A stretch of DNA of 57,292 nucleotides, the filler included, from Jimgerdemannia flammicorona (lineage: Eukaryota): the NCBI GenBank assembly GCA_003990765.1. It is 3 parts of 3 records of this genome, joined end to end, with 100 filler letters (N's around TTAATTAATTAA, not from the genome) between each part and the next. Parts side by side here need not be neighbours in the genome. Positions count along the whole stretch, not along the records: positions 1 to 19,034 come from RBNJ01002044.1; 2 more parts are not named here. One strand, given 5' to 3'. Of this stretch, positions 1-13,269 are shown piece after piece. Numbering within the stretch: the first letter of the stretch is position 1; the number at the start of each line of letters is the position of its first letter. The translations under genes were made by a program, and so were the position numbers. The notes below the pieces were generated by a model. The model was given only the letters and a program-made list of their open reading frames with translations. It had not been told where the DNA came from and searched no databases.

Positions 1-67
1 AAAAAAAAAAAAAAAAAAAAAGAGCCAGATCTCATCCGACCCCTTTCTCCCGCGCTCCCTCCCGTAG

Positions 68-909
68 CGTCCCTACCCACGACATCGCCGCCGCCGAGAA
101 TGATTTCTTCGACGCTTTCAAGGAGGAGGTCGACAAGGTCGAGAGCTTCTTCCTCAGCCGCATGGGCGACCTACGCACCGAGTTCCAGCACGTCGTCTTG
201 CAAGCCTATCAGCTGGTATGTTCACGGCCTTTATTTTCCTCCCCACTTCACCTTTATTGGCACTCCTCCGCTCATATCCCACTTCCCCACAGAAATACCA
301 CCACCGCCCCCCCGTCCTCACTCAAACCATGGTCCCGCTCTCTCCCACGACCCTGACCCATCCACCGACTCCGGACGACCTCCTCTTGGTCCTGCAGACC
401 ATGTCGACAGAGCTGCACGTCCTCGGCACCAATTACCTCCCGCTCTGCCGCACCGCCGTGGCGAAGATCATCAAGAAGCACTACAAGGCAGCCGGCGGGC
501 CGGGGCAGACGGGCGAGGCTGCGCGCACGAGAGAGGCCGTCATCTGGACCATCGAGAACGAACGAAGTTTTTGGGGGAAGGGCGGGAGGCTTGTCGAGGA
601 GATGGAAGGGGAGGTGAAGGTTGGTGTTTTATTTTTTTTTCTTTCTTTCCCTTCCCCTCCTTTTTCGCTTTTCCCTTTTCCTGGGGAACTTTTTGTTTTG
701 TTTTTTGGTTTAGAGTTTGTACAGGGAATTCTATCATTGATTCATTGTTCTTTCTGTCTTCCTTTTTTTCCTTTCTTTTTCATGTTTGTTTTGTTTTGTT
801 TTTTGTTTTTTGTTTTTTTGTTTTTTTTTTTTTTCTGTTCCCGCAGAACCTGCAATGGGAACTCACAAAATACACAGTCCGCGGCCAGCAGGACGCAATA
901 CCGTGGTGA
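68..909 (+). CDS. SPX-domain protein, 3' exons (5' part outside window)
   Basis: Exons 68-215, 293-619 and 847-909 with GT-AG introns splice in frame. Product: ENDFFDAFKEEVDKVESFFLSR ... LCRTAVAKIIKKHYK ... NLQWELTKYTVRGQQDAIPW*. Matches SPX motifs FF..L..ELxKVxxFF and LNxTxFxKIxKKHDK. Confidence 0.75.
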
Positions 910-2179
910 TTATGCCGAAAGTTGGGGGAGGTAGAGAAGTTGGGGCTACTGTCGAGTGGCGTGAGAAAGTCGAGAAGGGAACCAAGTTGCCCCGTCCACC
1001 AAAATTAAAAAGACACCTGACATTCCAGAGCACTAGTGATGGCCGGATATATTTATCTATTTATTTATTTCGCGTCCTGAGTCATCCCTTGGTCCGGCCC
1101 TCCACACGCTCTCGCTTGCAATTCAAAAATAAAGCCAAATCAAATCTATTGAGGGAAGGAAAATCAATAAAAAATAGACCGCACGGCAAGCCGTCGGGCT
1201 GGCCAGAGACACGCGGGGTTGTGCGATGAATATGTCCATTTCCGTACAATCACGCCACCTACAACGGACTAGGGGCCAATACGTTCATCGTGGCGTTATG
1301 ACCAAACTGCCATGGGTGAGGAGCGGTTTTTGGAATTTGGTGTGCTCTGGAAGGCTTCCACCGAACGTGATGACCAAAGGAGGTGATGTTGTGGTAGAAA
1401 CGGCATACATATAATTATATGTCATCAACTTTCGGACCACGGCGGGATATGGGAATCAGGTGAATGAGCGCACATCCAAAAAGTGCTCATCCGTAATAGA
1501 TTCTGACTGGTGGGATAACCGTGTAGTGCGGTTAAGGCCCATGTGAGCAAACTGCTCGAGCATGTGAGCAGCCACTCGAGCGGTTAAGGCGTGGCAGGGC
1601 AAGCCCCACCCACTTCGGGTCGCCACGAGGGCCGCCCCGCAATGATTTTCATTTCTGCAGGAAACTTCGGCAGCACGAATCGACACCTGGGGGGCTGACC
1701 CTTTGATGTGCATGGTGCTATCCGCGCTTCGCGCCGATCCCTGCCTGATCTCCCTTGCGTGACCGTGGCGTTTATTTATTTTACCAAATGGATTTGGTCC
1801 TTGCGCGGACCTCTCACCATTTGAACCTGATCCTAACCAAGCTTTGTCTTTGTCGTCCCCCGCCAACATAATCCCCCATTTCTAGAATTCGTCCATACTG
1901 AGTTTTGACAATGCGCCACGGTTACTCGATCCCCAATGCGGTTCAGGGGACCGGAGGACTCGAATTGGAATGTACGTGAGCCGTATTATTCTCCTACGAA
2001 GCCTGTCCATCTTCCAAATACAATCGATATAGGTGTCGCTATTTAACATTGTTTGCATTGCTAATGTGCTGTTTTCCCCAGCGGTTCGTTTTCTGGCTCT
2101 ATACGCCAGATAGATTGTTTTAACGTGTATTTGCGCTCAAGATTCCCCTTTAATTAGAGCCAGCGATTGTATAACAAAA

Positions 2180-2218
<39 letters not shown>

Positions 2219-4017
2219 TGTGTGATGCAAAAGCCTTTTGGCTTTACCAAGCATCACGGTAATCGAATTAAATATTATTTTATTTTTATTACATCCTTGA
2301 AATAAAGTATATCCTGACTTGTGATTTTCAATGCATACGTGATCTTTCCTTGTGGGCTATTTCATGTGGTCTTTTCTTCGCTCTTATGTTGTCTTTTCTT
2401 TTTAAAATAATGTATAAGTATAAATCCCCTTCAGTTAATTATATTTTAATAATTTTCTGTCAACGCCAGCAAACCAAAGCAAAGCTCGATGCATCGAACC
2501 ATAGGCTCAACCTGATGACAAATAATACCTCGGAGGATCCTTTAGCTTTCTTTAACAATTAGTTAACCATAGTTTTTGACTATTGTGTGGAGTTGGCTGC
2601 ACTTAGCCGATTCAATCCATCCGAAGACAGATTAGTGTTGCGCCAAATATCTTGGGTGATGATGAAATGAAGAAACTAAAAAGAGGTCGGGTTGTGGAGA
2701 GTGTCTGCTTAGTAAAGGCGAAAGGGAAACCTCTTGCACACCTAATTATGACATGTTCCGTTTCACTGTTACTCCCAAATCAGTTGATTTGGAAGAATCC
2801 ATCCCCTTCTTCTGCTCGGTTCGCTTACGATATCCACTATCCCAAGTCGGTCGAACAAGATGGACGCGAATTTGGAACGGAGCATAAGAGCGATTGTGAA
2901 CGTGCATTTGTTGAAAACTAAGCTATCACATCCAGTTAACACCCACACGTGAATTACCCTCGTCGTGCGCCCAATTTAATGACATCTGCCATAATTGGTT
3001 ATTAACCCTAAGTCGTCAAGTATTTTTTCCGGCAGGCCCATTCGAATATTGCATCTCTCGGCTGAGCGGCGATCGTAGGATCCGATAATCGCAATTGGTC
3101 CTCGGATTATCTGACGTTGGTACCCTCCTCCGTATCTCTGCGTCTCGAATATTGAGGGGGAAGGCTGCGGAATCCAGCACATAAAGATGAAGTTTTATTT
3201 ATATCGTTCCGCGACATCTGATTCTCGTGCACACGTTACATGTCTGCAAGGTCACACCAACCGTCTGGTCTGGCGGCCGCGCACGGGGACCCGATCCAAA
3301 CTAGCAAGGACTTCCATGCATCAGGATCAGATCGCGCACGGCCCGCCGTAGTCAGGTCAATCTTGATCGCCTGTATATCACTGTCTCATATTTATTTCCC
3401 CGGCTTCCAGCTGTCCCACCGCCGCTATGGCAACCAACTTGAAAACATGCCCTCCATTTCCCAAAATCCCGCCTTAGATAATCCCATCACGCGTCCCTTC
3501 GCCAAGATTGGGGGGAGATGTGGCCCTCTGGGTTATCGTATGGCCTTTGCGGCACCCAAGGGTATATATATATGCGGCCATCCCATTTTCCGTGTTGCAG
3601 GGAACGTTCTGGTGGGAACGCCGATCAGGGAAATATGGTCTGTCCGAACGGGAATATTTAATGCGCGTCGCACCGTGATTCTATAAAGCGTCCAGGTCGC
3701 GCCGACTGGAGTTTGCTCAGACTGTGCGCGAGACAGATTCGTATCGATTGCAGAAGCCTTGGAATTATATATACTTAGCCTTATATCTTAAGCAAAAAAA
3801 AAAAAAAGAGCTTCAATTTCCAGGTAATTATATTAGCTATTTCTAGAGGGAGATTGATCGTAAAATTATATGTTCGAGAGAGGTATATTCCGTCATACTG
3901 ACCATTTTCCCCTCTAATTTTCACAGCTCCCTACAATAGTATTTAGCATATATACAACCCTCAAGCCCTCCTTACGCCTTCACGACCTCCCTTCCCCTAT
4001 CCCCACCCCCCTAAGCC

Positions 4018-4449
4018 ATGATCATCACCCTCCGCACCATCAGCTCCTCCCCGCTCCTTCTCCTCTCCGTCCTCCTCCTTTCGACTCTCCTCACCTCCGC
4101 CACCCCAACCCCCAAGAACCAAAAGCGCGGACTCCCGACCAACCCGGATGAAATGACGGTTGAGCTCTTTGCCAAAACAGGCTTCTCCAAGCCCCTAGCT
4201 TCGCTCTCGGGCCCGCCCGCCCAAGGCCCGCGCATCTGCGTCCACGAGGCTAATTTCACCGTCGCCTCCGTCAAAGCTCAGCGCACAACCCGCTGGAAAC
4301 TCTACAAGGGGCACTACTGCCAGGGACCCGTTGCCCTCACCAGTGTCGGATCTAACAAGAATATTGGCGCGGACATGCCCTTCCACTCGTATAGCATCGA
4401 GTACGTCGTCCCCAGTACAATCGTCGATCAGTCGAAAAAGCGCAGGTGA
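4018..4449 (+). CDS. Small secreted protein (143 aa) with a beta/gamma-crystallin (Greek key)-like mature domain
   Basis: Leu-rich signal peptide, Kex2-like NQKR site, then two Greek-key-like motifs (ELFAKTGFS..VASVK; WKLYKGHYCQG..HSYSI). Upstream TATAAA near 3682 and a likely 5'UTR intron about 3824-3926. The fold call is by eye. Confidence 0.75.
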   Translation: MIITLRTISSSPLLLLSVLLLSTLLTSATPTPKNQKRGLPTNPDEMTVELFAKTGFSKPLASLSGPPAQGPRICVHEANFTVASVKAQRTTRWKLYKGHYCQGPVALTSVGSNKNIGADMPFHSYSIEYVVPSTIVDQSKKRR

Positions 4450-5758
4450 AAGGCGTCACGTTTCCCTCAACCATAACCACGCACAACACAACCCAAACGG
4501 CTGGCCGGGCTCTGCACGAAATGCTGGGCATTCCAGTTCAAGTTTCATATTGCTCAAGCCTTTTGCGGCCAGGGAAAACAATCCTCGTCCTGTGGGTGGG
4601 TTCCGCTTTAGTACCCAATTATGTTAAAACACACAAGTCGATCGAGTAGATGTAGATGTTCGCTTCCTGTCAAGATAGACGTAAAATCCAAGATTTCCAA
4701 GATCCTCATGTACAATACTACTTAGTCTAATTCTAGTAATTCTAGTAATTCTAGTAATCAACGAACCTACAGAATCCTTATGCCAGGGAAAAATAATAAT
4801 CAGCGATAAAATGAAAAAAAAAAAAAAAATTAAAAAATTCAGGGCTTCTCATTTCACACATAATTACCTTCCCATTCATTCGACCCTGTGACAATTTCGT
4901 ACGCGACCCACCTCGGAAATTTCCAAATCGGCCACTCGGAAACCCATGCGGTTGCTTAGTTGCCGTCCGTCGAACGTTACCCGGCGGACGAACCGAACGG
5001 CCGCAATTTGAGGCCGCATCACACGGTCCGGAACAAAGAATCCATAATCCTGTAAATGGATTTTCGTCGCCGAGAATCGTACAAATTTTCTTTTCAAAGC
5101 AATTTTTGCACACCCAAGTTCATGTGCGACGCCCGTGTGGAATATCCACCGCCGAGTTTTCCGAAATCTTGTCGCTCACGAGGGCTCTAGTTTTTCCGAG
5201 TGAAGTAGGCTCTATGTCGTCGAATTAGTGGCTTTTCATTCGTATTCTATTTTATCATGAAGCAAAGCTTATAACGTGGCTATGTAAAATGTGTGATTGG
5301 TATCGGAAGGTGAGGGGTTTGCTTTACGGAGGTATACTTGATACAAAGATACAATTAATGCACGAACAAAACTTTTTCTACGGAAATGATATTTTGATGA
5401 CGGCGGAATTGGGACGGAACTTAAAATACACGGACCTAAGGAGGACCGTGCAACACGATCCTGAAAATGATGTGTCCACGCAAACATTATTAGCGACGGC
5501 GATCAATTATGCCATCGGGAGATATTTATCCGAGCGCTTATTGAAGAAGAACGCGCCGGCATTTTTCGTGTCTGATGTCGGCGCAAACGAAATGTCACGG
5601 GGGAATGACAATGATATGGTCGTCGGCGTGCAAATGACGTCGAAAACCGGCATGGGTAACTCGTAGAATCTAATAATTGAGCTCTAGTTTCTCGTGGGCC
5701 CACCGACGTGTCCTGCGCCGAACGCCAGCACGGGAGCATTTTGTCCTTGCAAGCGAGT

Positions 5759-8700
5759 CTAGTTGAGATCTATCTGGCTCAAGGCCACCAGTCTCGCGTC
5801 GCACCCCTGGTCGTTCATGCACCCGGCTACAGCCCGCAGCCTGGCTTCAACAATCTCGGCAACGCGGTTCAGAGGTGCGGCGGGGAACAAGGACGGGCTG
5901 CCGAGGGGCGAGGTTGGCAGGCTGGCACATACCGACTGGCCCATTGGCAGCGGGACGAGGAACGGGCACGTTTCCAGCTGTCCCGCGAACGAGTAGCTCT
6001 CGGCTGCGTATGTGACGGTCCGGTTCACGTGGTTGGCGAGACCACGGAACTTCTCAAAGTTGACAACGAGCGCTGACGATCGCGGTTCGGCTTCGGCGGT
6101 CGCATAGGTGTTGTTGGTGTGGGTTGGGAGATCGGGCTCTGCCTCCACAAATGTCTTGTTCCCGTCGATGAAGAAGGTCACATCCTTGAGTACCAGCGGA
6201 AAGAATGGGATGGCGGGCGATTTAGCCTTCTGGAAGCTACGACGGTAGTTGCTCATGTTTTGGCTGAGATTGAGGAGATTTTCCAAGCTGTGCAAGGTCG
6301 CCAAATCGCGGCTTGAAATGGTCTGGGTTGAAAGGATAGAATTTTGTATGCGTTGATATAAGGATTTGTTCAAAGGAATCTCTCAAAATAACACAAACCA
6401 ACCAATGTCAAATTAGATTTGCTTCTCACCTTCCACACGTCATCCAACCTCTGAACGGGCCTGGAGGTCAGGCCCGTCACGACGAACATACAAGTATGAA
6501 AGTTGTTCATCACTCGGCAATTCTGATGAACACAATAAATTTAGTTCAGCTGTCAGCTTTGTATGCTTTAAATTTACTCGAAATAATAGGAAGGAACAAC
6601 GAGGTCGCGCTCTTACCTTGGCAATATCGATAAACTTCTTGACCATGGCTCGGCGCCCCTTGATCGTTCGTGCGGAGCAAATCTCATGCGCCACCCAATG
6701 ACTCAACTGTATATATATATATGTGTGTGTGTGTTGAATTGTGGACACGGACTTGTTAGTCTTTCGACAATGAAATCTCAAACTTCAAGACAGGATTGGA
6801 TCCGCTCACCATATTGGACCTTTTCGTGAGCTCCTCTACACGATTGTCGATTAACGGTCCCTCGGTCGAGACCCTCTTCTCTTTCTCTATCCTCCACTGG
6901 CCGTGGACGTACTCGTATGCGGTGATGCTCTTGAATAGGTGAAAGTCCGCGAGCGTCAGGTACTTGGCCACGTCGCGGGCGTCCAGTTCGAGCAACGGGC
7001 TCCCCTGAATGTCCGGCGAGTTGGGCGCCGTGCTGCTGGTCGAGCCCATGGATGTGATGGAATTGAATGAGATGAAACTAGAGGTTGAAGGACGGCGGCG
7101 GCGTTGGAGCGACACGTTCGCAAAAGTCGTTGCCGTATGGCCGGGAGACGATGGCGCCGAGAGAGATTGGACATGCGATGGGAATTGGTGGGACGGTTGG
7201 AACGGGAGGACGCGGTTATGGCGGTATCGGGTTTGATGGATACTCTGTTATGTCGATTATTTAAATATAAAAATTATTGGTTGGATAGATGCAAACAACA
7301 ACGAGACAAGTCATGCACTCACGGTTCTAAAATGTCCACACACCTGTAGCGCCAACACCCGCTTGATGCGGTCCGCCTCCCCGGTGAAGCCAGCGTGACG
7401 AACGTCTGAGTTCAAGAATGTTTCGAGGTTACGACGCAGGCTCGGGTTACCATGGAAATCCTCGTATTGCAGCTTGACCCAGCGAGCAAGGACGTCCAAC
7501 ACTCTATTTTCGGATTTTGGAGGCAATTCGGATATCGGCGACATGTTTGGTCAGTTTGTAAGAAATTTGCATAGTTTGGGGGAGAAAGAGTGCAGGAGAA
7601 AAGAGTGGGGGAATGTGGGAATAGTGGCTTGGCCCAAGGGCCTAAAGGTAAGAGTGAAAGAGAAAAAAATCTGGAATCGGCAGGAATGTGACACAGGTCA
7701 CATATATATGCACTGAAATGCATCCAAGTTTTCCCAAATCGGAGAGGACGGTGGCCTGATTTCGGATAATATATACGTACTTGACCTGGATACTCCGGGC
7801 CCACTTGTCGAAATAGGCCGTGTCGTCAGCGACCGACTGGAGATGAAATCTGGCCATCAGATTCTCAAGCAATTCCGACGACGGCATGAAGAACGTGTGG
7901 CTTAGCAGAAACGTGTCGATATACTCCATATCTGTTTATGGGAAATATGGACTTCTGAGAATTGCAAATTTCGGGGATCACCGTGACTATGCATACTTCA
8001 AAGCATATGAGAGGATAGCGTTACGCACCTTGCGTTGTCTCGTCGGCTAATCGCAAGAATAGTTTCTCTACTGTGCCCCGCACTATCTGCATTCGTCCAC
8101 TGGTCACACGCAACCACAAAACGTCTTGGCCGTTCTCGGAAATAATGGTTTGCGGCTCGATATCGTCAATATTCTGTTGGTCATCCTTCGATGCTATAAG
8201 AATACAAAAATAGTTACAACATACGTCAGCAATTCACTAAGCACAAGCAACACAAATAAAATTGGCACATGTGGAAATTGCACATGGCCTCACCCAATAA
8301 TGTTGTGTCCGACCCGAGCCAATCGTGCGCACGGCTTCGGCTGAATTGCCTCTGTAAGCAGAAGAATAATCTGAATGAATTTGAAGCTTCGAATTAACCG
8401 GTATCCGATCACGCGTGATTTCAGTATCCGACGTACCTTGTCGTTAGACAATAGCGAAACCATCGATCTGCTTCGCGCAAACAGTGCCTTCAGTCTTTTC
8501 ATCGCAGTTTGTTAAAAAAATTGTCAGACTATGTTTGGACACAGGGCGAGACTTGCAACAAAGGTTGGTGACAATTTACCCTCTTTCTTGTTTCTCTGCT
8601 TCACCGGAAATGAATGAGTCGACCTCAACCGCGGTTATTGAGGAACGTATTGACGCATCGTCTTCATGGTTCGTTTCCATTATGGGGCAGATCAGTCTAT

Positions 8701-11700
8701 CCTTCACGCTGCCTGCCGTTGTAATATCTTCGTGTTCTTTCCATTTTGGTTTGCTTTTATCGTGCTCCAACAAGAGCCCCCTGAGCATCCTCAGATCGGT
8801 TTCGCTCCTATAATGTTTCAGTCTCCTGGATCCGCTCTCAACGTCGGTGGTATTCATGCTCCCAATATCTCTTCCTCCCACAAGCGCCCGGGTCGTTAGT
8901 ACATCGTTCTTATGATCTTGCGTGGACCGGACGAACGTTGGTTCTGCGAGTGCGGCCTGCAAGAGCACCGTGGACGTCGTCGGCGGCCTGGTTCCGGTCT
9001 TATCATTGAATTCGTTCCACTCGAAAGGGGTAGAGGCTTTGAGGGCCGTCATCATGAGCCCTGGCGGTGGCGTGAAAAGGTTGGAGGCACTGACTCGACG
9101 CCGGGAGAATGAGCCCGCTCCCGGGGGGAGGGGAGGTAGATTGCTGGGGTGGCTCTGCGTGTGAGGCGGGATGTCCGCGGTCGACGATTCAGTTTGCAGA
9201 GGAACAGGATTAGGGGCGCTTATATTGAGAGGCAATGGGGGACGATTTAGGGTCGAGGATGCTTGTAGCATAGATGACGGCACGATATCTTCTTTGGGGA
9301 TAGCTTCCTGCGGCAGGTCATCGTCGTTGGTTTTCAATCCATGCAGACTTGCTGTTTTTGCCTCAATTCCGGTATCTCCGGTATCTCCGTTGTCTCTTAC
9401 GTCGTGATCCTCTTGCAACCTGTTCTGACCCCTCGCGGCTTCCGTATCTGGCATCGTCCCATCGGCCCAGCTTTCGCGTTCTCCCTCAACATCAGCTTCT
9501 CCATCACTGGCATCTTCATCGTTAAACTCATCCATCTGGCTCTGAGTTTCCTCGTCTCCATCGATGAACAAATTTTCAAGGGACAAGATAGAGTAGCGCG
9601 TTCTATCGTCACCCCTGACTACGCGAATGGAGGTTCGGCGCGCGAATGGAGACGAAAGCGTCTGAACCGAAGAGTGCTTGGACGAAATCGATCCAGCAAA
9701 TGAAATGCGACGTGTGTCTTCCGACGCTTTCGTCGAATGTGAATTCAGGTTGGCGAGGAACGTTTGACTGCCGGTAGTGAGAGAGTCAGGTATAGGAGGA
9801 AGGGGAGGGCCTTTAAGCATGGTCATGTGGGTCGTCGGGGTACTAGGTGCAGTGATATCGCGATGGACCAATGGCATGGTTGGGCTCAATGGCATGGTTG
9901 GGCTCAATGGCATGGTTGGGCTCAATGGCATGGTTGGGCTCAATGGCATGGTTGGGCTTGTAGCTTGAGGACTTGATACCGTTGGGCTGACGGGAAAATC
10001 AGGCGAAGCCAAGGGCTGGGCTCCAGAACGTTGTGTGTTGATGGATAAGCTGGACAGGTTGAAACGTGAGCGCCAGGAGATCTGTGATATATAGCATGAT
10101 AGTGTGTTGTTTTAAATTAGTTAAATCAAAAACACAAACCGAATAATTGCCAAGAAATCTTTTCTGTTGAAACTCACCCCATGCGTTGAAACAGTGGACG
10201 TAACACTGCTCATACTTGTCCTCCTCGATCTTGGCTCTGCCCCACTTCCAGTTTTAGGACCTTTAAACAAACTTTTTATCTTCTGCATCTTCGAGCCTGG
10301 CCCCATATCACGAAGTGTATCAATCTCAGGAAAGGCCCCTGGGTACGGAAAGAGATCCTCGTCCTCATCTTCAGCCTGTGTCGGGAATATGGACCGAATG
10401 CTTTTGGTGGAGCGGGTTGTGATATTTGCAAGGCTGCGGATAACCTTTTTGCGAACTTTTTGATGGGAGAAGTGCAAACGTCAACGGTCAGTCGCCTTCA
10501 CAGCAGAATTTGGATAAGTCAAGCATCGATATACACATTCTACTAATAAATATGCACGAACCTGGATTTTTGGGTTTCCTACGAATCATTCGACATTTTG
10601 ACATTATACAGATTGATAAGTTAAATCATTCAAAATACATATAAAACAGGAGCCTCCAAAAATTGCTTAGCAGGATAGCCTCAAAAAACAACACATTTTT
10701 AATGCAACATATTTCCTACAGAACGCTGGGAAAGTAAAGAAAGCAAAATCATAGCAGATACTCACATTGATTCCACGAATATTTCATTATCATCGATTTT
10801 CTTGCCAGCGCCACCGACATGAGCTGCTCTACCCATCAATCGTGATGATGCCGGAAATTGGAAACGGGGCTCCTGGGTACGCGAGCCGTGCCGTAAGATT
10901 GGAGTGGATTTGGAAGATACAGGGGAGGGAAACGCGTCGAAGGGCGCTATTTGGAGGGTCAGCGGCTGGGCTAACAGTTGGTAGATCAATAAAACGTAAA
11001 TGTATTATTAGACGTTATGTAAAATGGGATATTACCAAAACAATTCGGACATTGGGCGCAAGATAGCCACTCACTATTCGCACGTCGTCCTCGTGCAAAC
11101 AACCTGGTTCCTTCTATTGATGATCTTGGTCCGGATTTCTCGACCACTTTCGTAACGTCGGTGAAGTAATCGGTTTGGATTTTGTCGAATGCGACGGAAC
11201 CTCTCCTGCTGCGTGCTCCTGCACCAGTATAGGACATACGATCGTTAACATCGGCATATTCCTTGATCAGGTCTATAAATTCAGACAAGGCATCGACGAG
11301 GCGGTGTGCATGGGAGAGGAGAAAGATATTGATGTCTTGCGACTACATTGCGAATTTTATATTGAAAGGGTCAGCAGAAGTAGAAAATTGAATGTGTGAT
11401 CGCTAGTCTTCGAAAACTGCGACGTATTGGGTGAACATTCAATATAACCAATATACACGTGGGGAACAATGCATGAACGAAAATGCAAAACCGAATTACT
11501 TACCACCACGTCGTCAGTATCTATATGAATTTCGGTGGCTACGTTAGCATTCGCCATCAGCTCCAACTTACTCACAATCTCGCCCATCCCCATGTCCTTC
11601 CTCCTCTTGAGCAACACTCTCCTCGCGGACATGGCCACCAACTCCTTCGCCCTCCGAATCTGCTCTACCACGGCTTCCGTCTCCTTGCGAACACGTGCCA

Positions 11701-13269
11701 CGATGATTCCGTGACGTTCGAGACGTCTCTGCTCCATCTTGATATCCATGTCTTCCTCCGGATCACTACTTGATAACGAGTGGTCGATCATGAAGAATAC
11801 GGCCGTGTATTGGGAGAGGAAGGTCCGAATCATGGAAGAAAGCAGAGCGGAGGCACTGATAACAGTGATGAGAAGAGAAGAGGCAGAGGCCGCGAGTGGC
11901 CGGTGTGCTTGCGGAGAGGCTGGAGCGGTCGTTGGCATCGGGGCTCGTTTGGCGTGCCAAGGCGAGTGGTTGCCAATCACGCGCGAGGATGTAGACGAGC
12001 GGGAAATGACGGAATTGGCGTCGGAGTGATCATTCGACGAATTGAGGGAAGGAGAGGTAGAGGATGCGGATACACTACTGATCGGGCGGACTGGATTTGG
12101 AGGTGATGTGATGTGGTTTGTCTGGGCCGACGTGGATACGGACGGGCGCAGTACGAGTTCGCGGAGCGGGCGCAACTGTCCGGATTTTTTGCTGGCAATC
12201 GATGAGGATGAAAGAGACTTTGTCGGGAACGGGGGCATTAATGAGCTAGTGTTGTCGTCAAAACTGGTTGATGCTATGAAATATGGTATCAAATTCGTAG
12301 TTCGGAAAGGAGGCGTGAATAGATGCAGGAATGATTGGGGAGAATATGCCGTTTATTTACATATGTATGACGTGAAATTTCACCTTTTTCGCCAATTGGA
12401 AGCGATGTATCCGAGAATGGCGTTACGGGTGTGAGTGTTGGTTTGATATGCGCAGCCAGTAGTTTGGGCGCGAGAACCAGAATCGAAGTAAGGGTAGATT
12501 CGATCGTAGCGAGGGGGTCGCGAGAGATCTGTGTGTAACGCGTAGTGAGGTTACCATAACATGTGTCAGAGTCTCTCTTGATCTAAAGAGCTAGCAATAT
12601 CCTCCATGGTACGTGGCTTACCTCGCTGCCTTCGGATAGCGCATCCATGGGCGCAAAGGATTGATGGCGAACATCACTTGAGCGTCTAGATTCACAATCT
12701 CTGGCAGCCTCATAAATGTCATTACACTTTCCATCGCTGTCGTCGTTACCCTGCCAGTCCCGTTTCCTCTCTATAAATATCGATTCATGCATCATACGGA
12801 TATCTCGAAGCCGGTTTACGACATCGTTGACTTCATCCGACATCTTTGATGGCGTATGCCCATCATCCTCGTTCTGGGGCTCGATTGGCTTCCGCACCGA
12901 TGTGGTATATATTTCGGATTGCAGCGCACTATATTCGGCCTCGAGGCTCTCTCTTCGCAGCTTCTGGTCTACGACCGGCATGGTATCGTTGATGCCGTCC
13001 TTGTCGCCTATGGGGGACGAAGCGCGAGACGTCGATACGAAAGGAGATAGAGATGGGCTGGATCTAACCTTGCGGAGGTGTTGCGATGCACGATGAGTAT
13101 GTCCGATAGGGGGAACGAGCGGTTCACCTCCTTCAGACTCGAATGCATCAGGATTAATGTAGCCTTCATCGGTGGCTTCGGTGTCAGTGGAGGGCGCGGC
13201 CCAGGCGGGAATTTGAGACCGGAAGAAGTGCGAGAAGATACCGTAGGTGCGAGAGAAGAGCTCGCTCAT
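5759..13269 (-). CDS. Ras guanine-nucleotide exchange factor (REM/RasGEF_N + CDC25 domain), multi-exon
   Basis: REM motifs GTVEKLFLRLAD / EYIDTFLLSHTFFMPSSELLENLMARF / RVLDVLARWVK (about 7340-8100). CDC25 motifs DVAKYLTLADFHLFKSI, SHWVAHEICS, MNNFHTCMFVVTGL and PAIPFFPLVLKDVTFFIDGN (5759-7000). Long Ser/Pro-rich upstream exons. The 5' end at ATG 13269 is inferred from splice-compatible ORFs and is less certain. Confidence 0.85.
9869..9958 (-). repeat. Coding 18-bp tandem repeat x5 encoding (SPTMPL)5 in the RasGEF
   Basis: CAATGGCATGGTTGGGCT repeated five times on the + strand, in frame within ORF 8576-10012(-). Confidence 0.95.

Noticed and set aside
2174..2216. Long poly(A)/poly(T) tracts (also 1-21, 16313-16353, 26340-26370)
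   Set aside because: No target-site duplications or attached retrocopy identified; treated as homopolymers of uncertain length.
910..3700. Short ORFs and GC-rich patches between the SPX and secreted-protein genes
   Set aside because: No domain motifs, consistent splice pattern or recognisable RNA gene.
4860..5200. GC-rich segment ending in CTAG-T, possible Helitron end or ncRNA
   Set aside because: No convincing subterminal hairpin and no second copy in the window.
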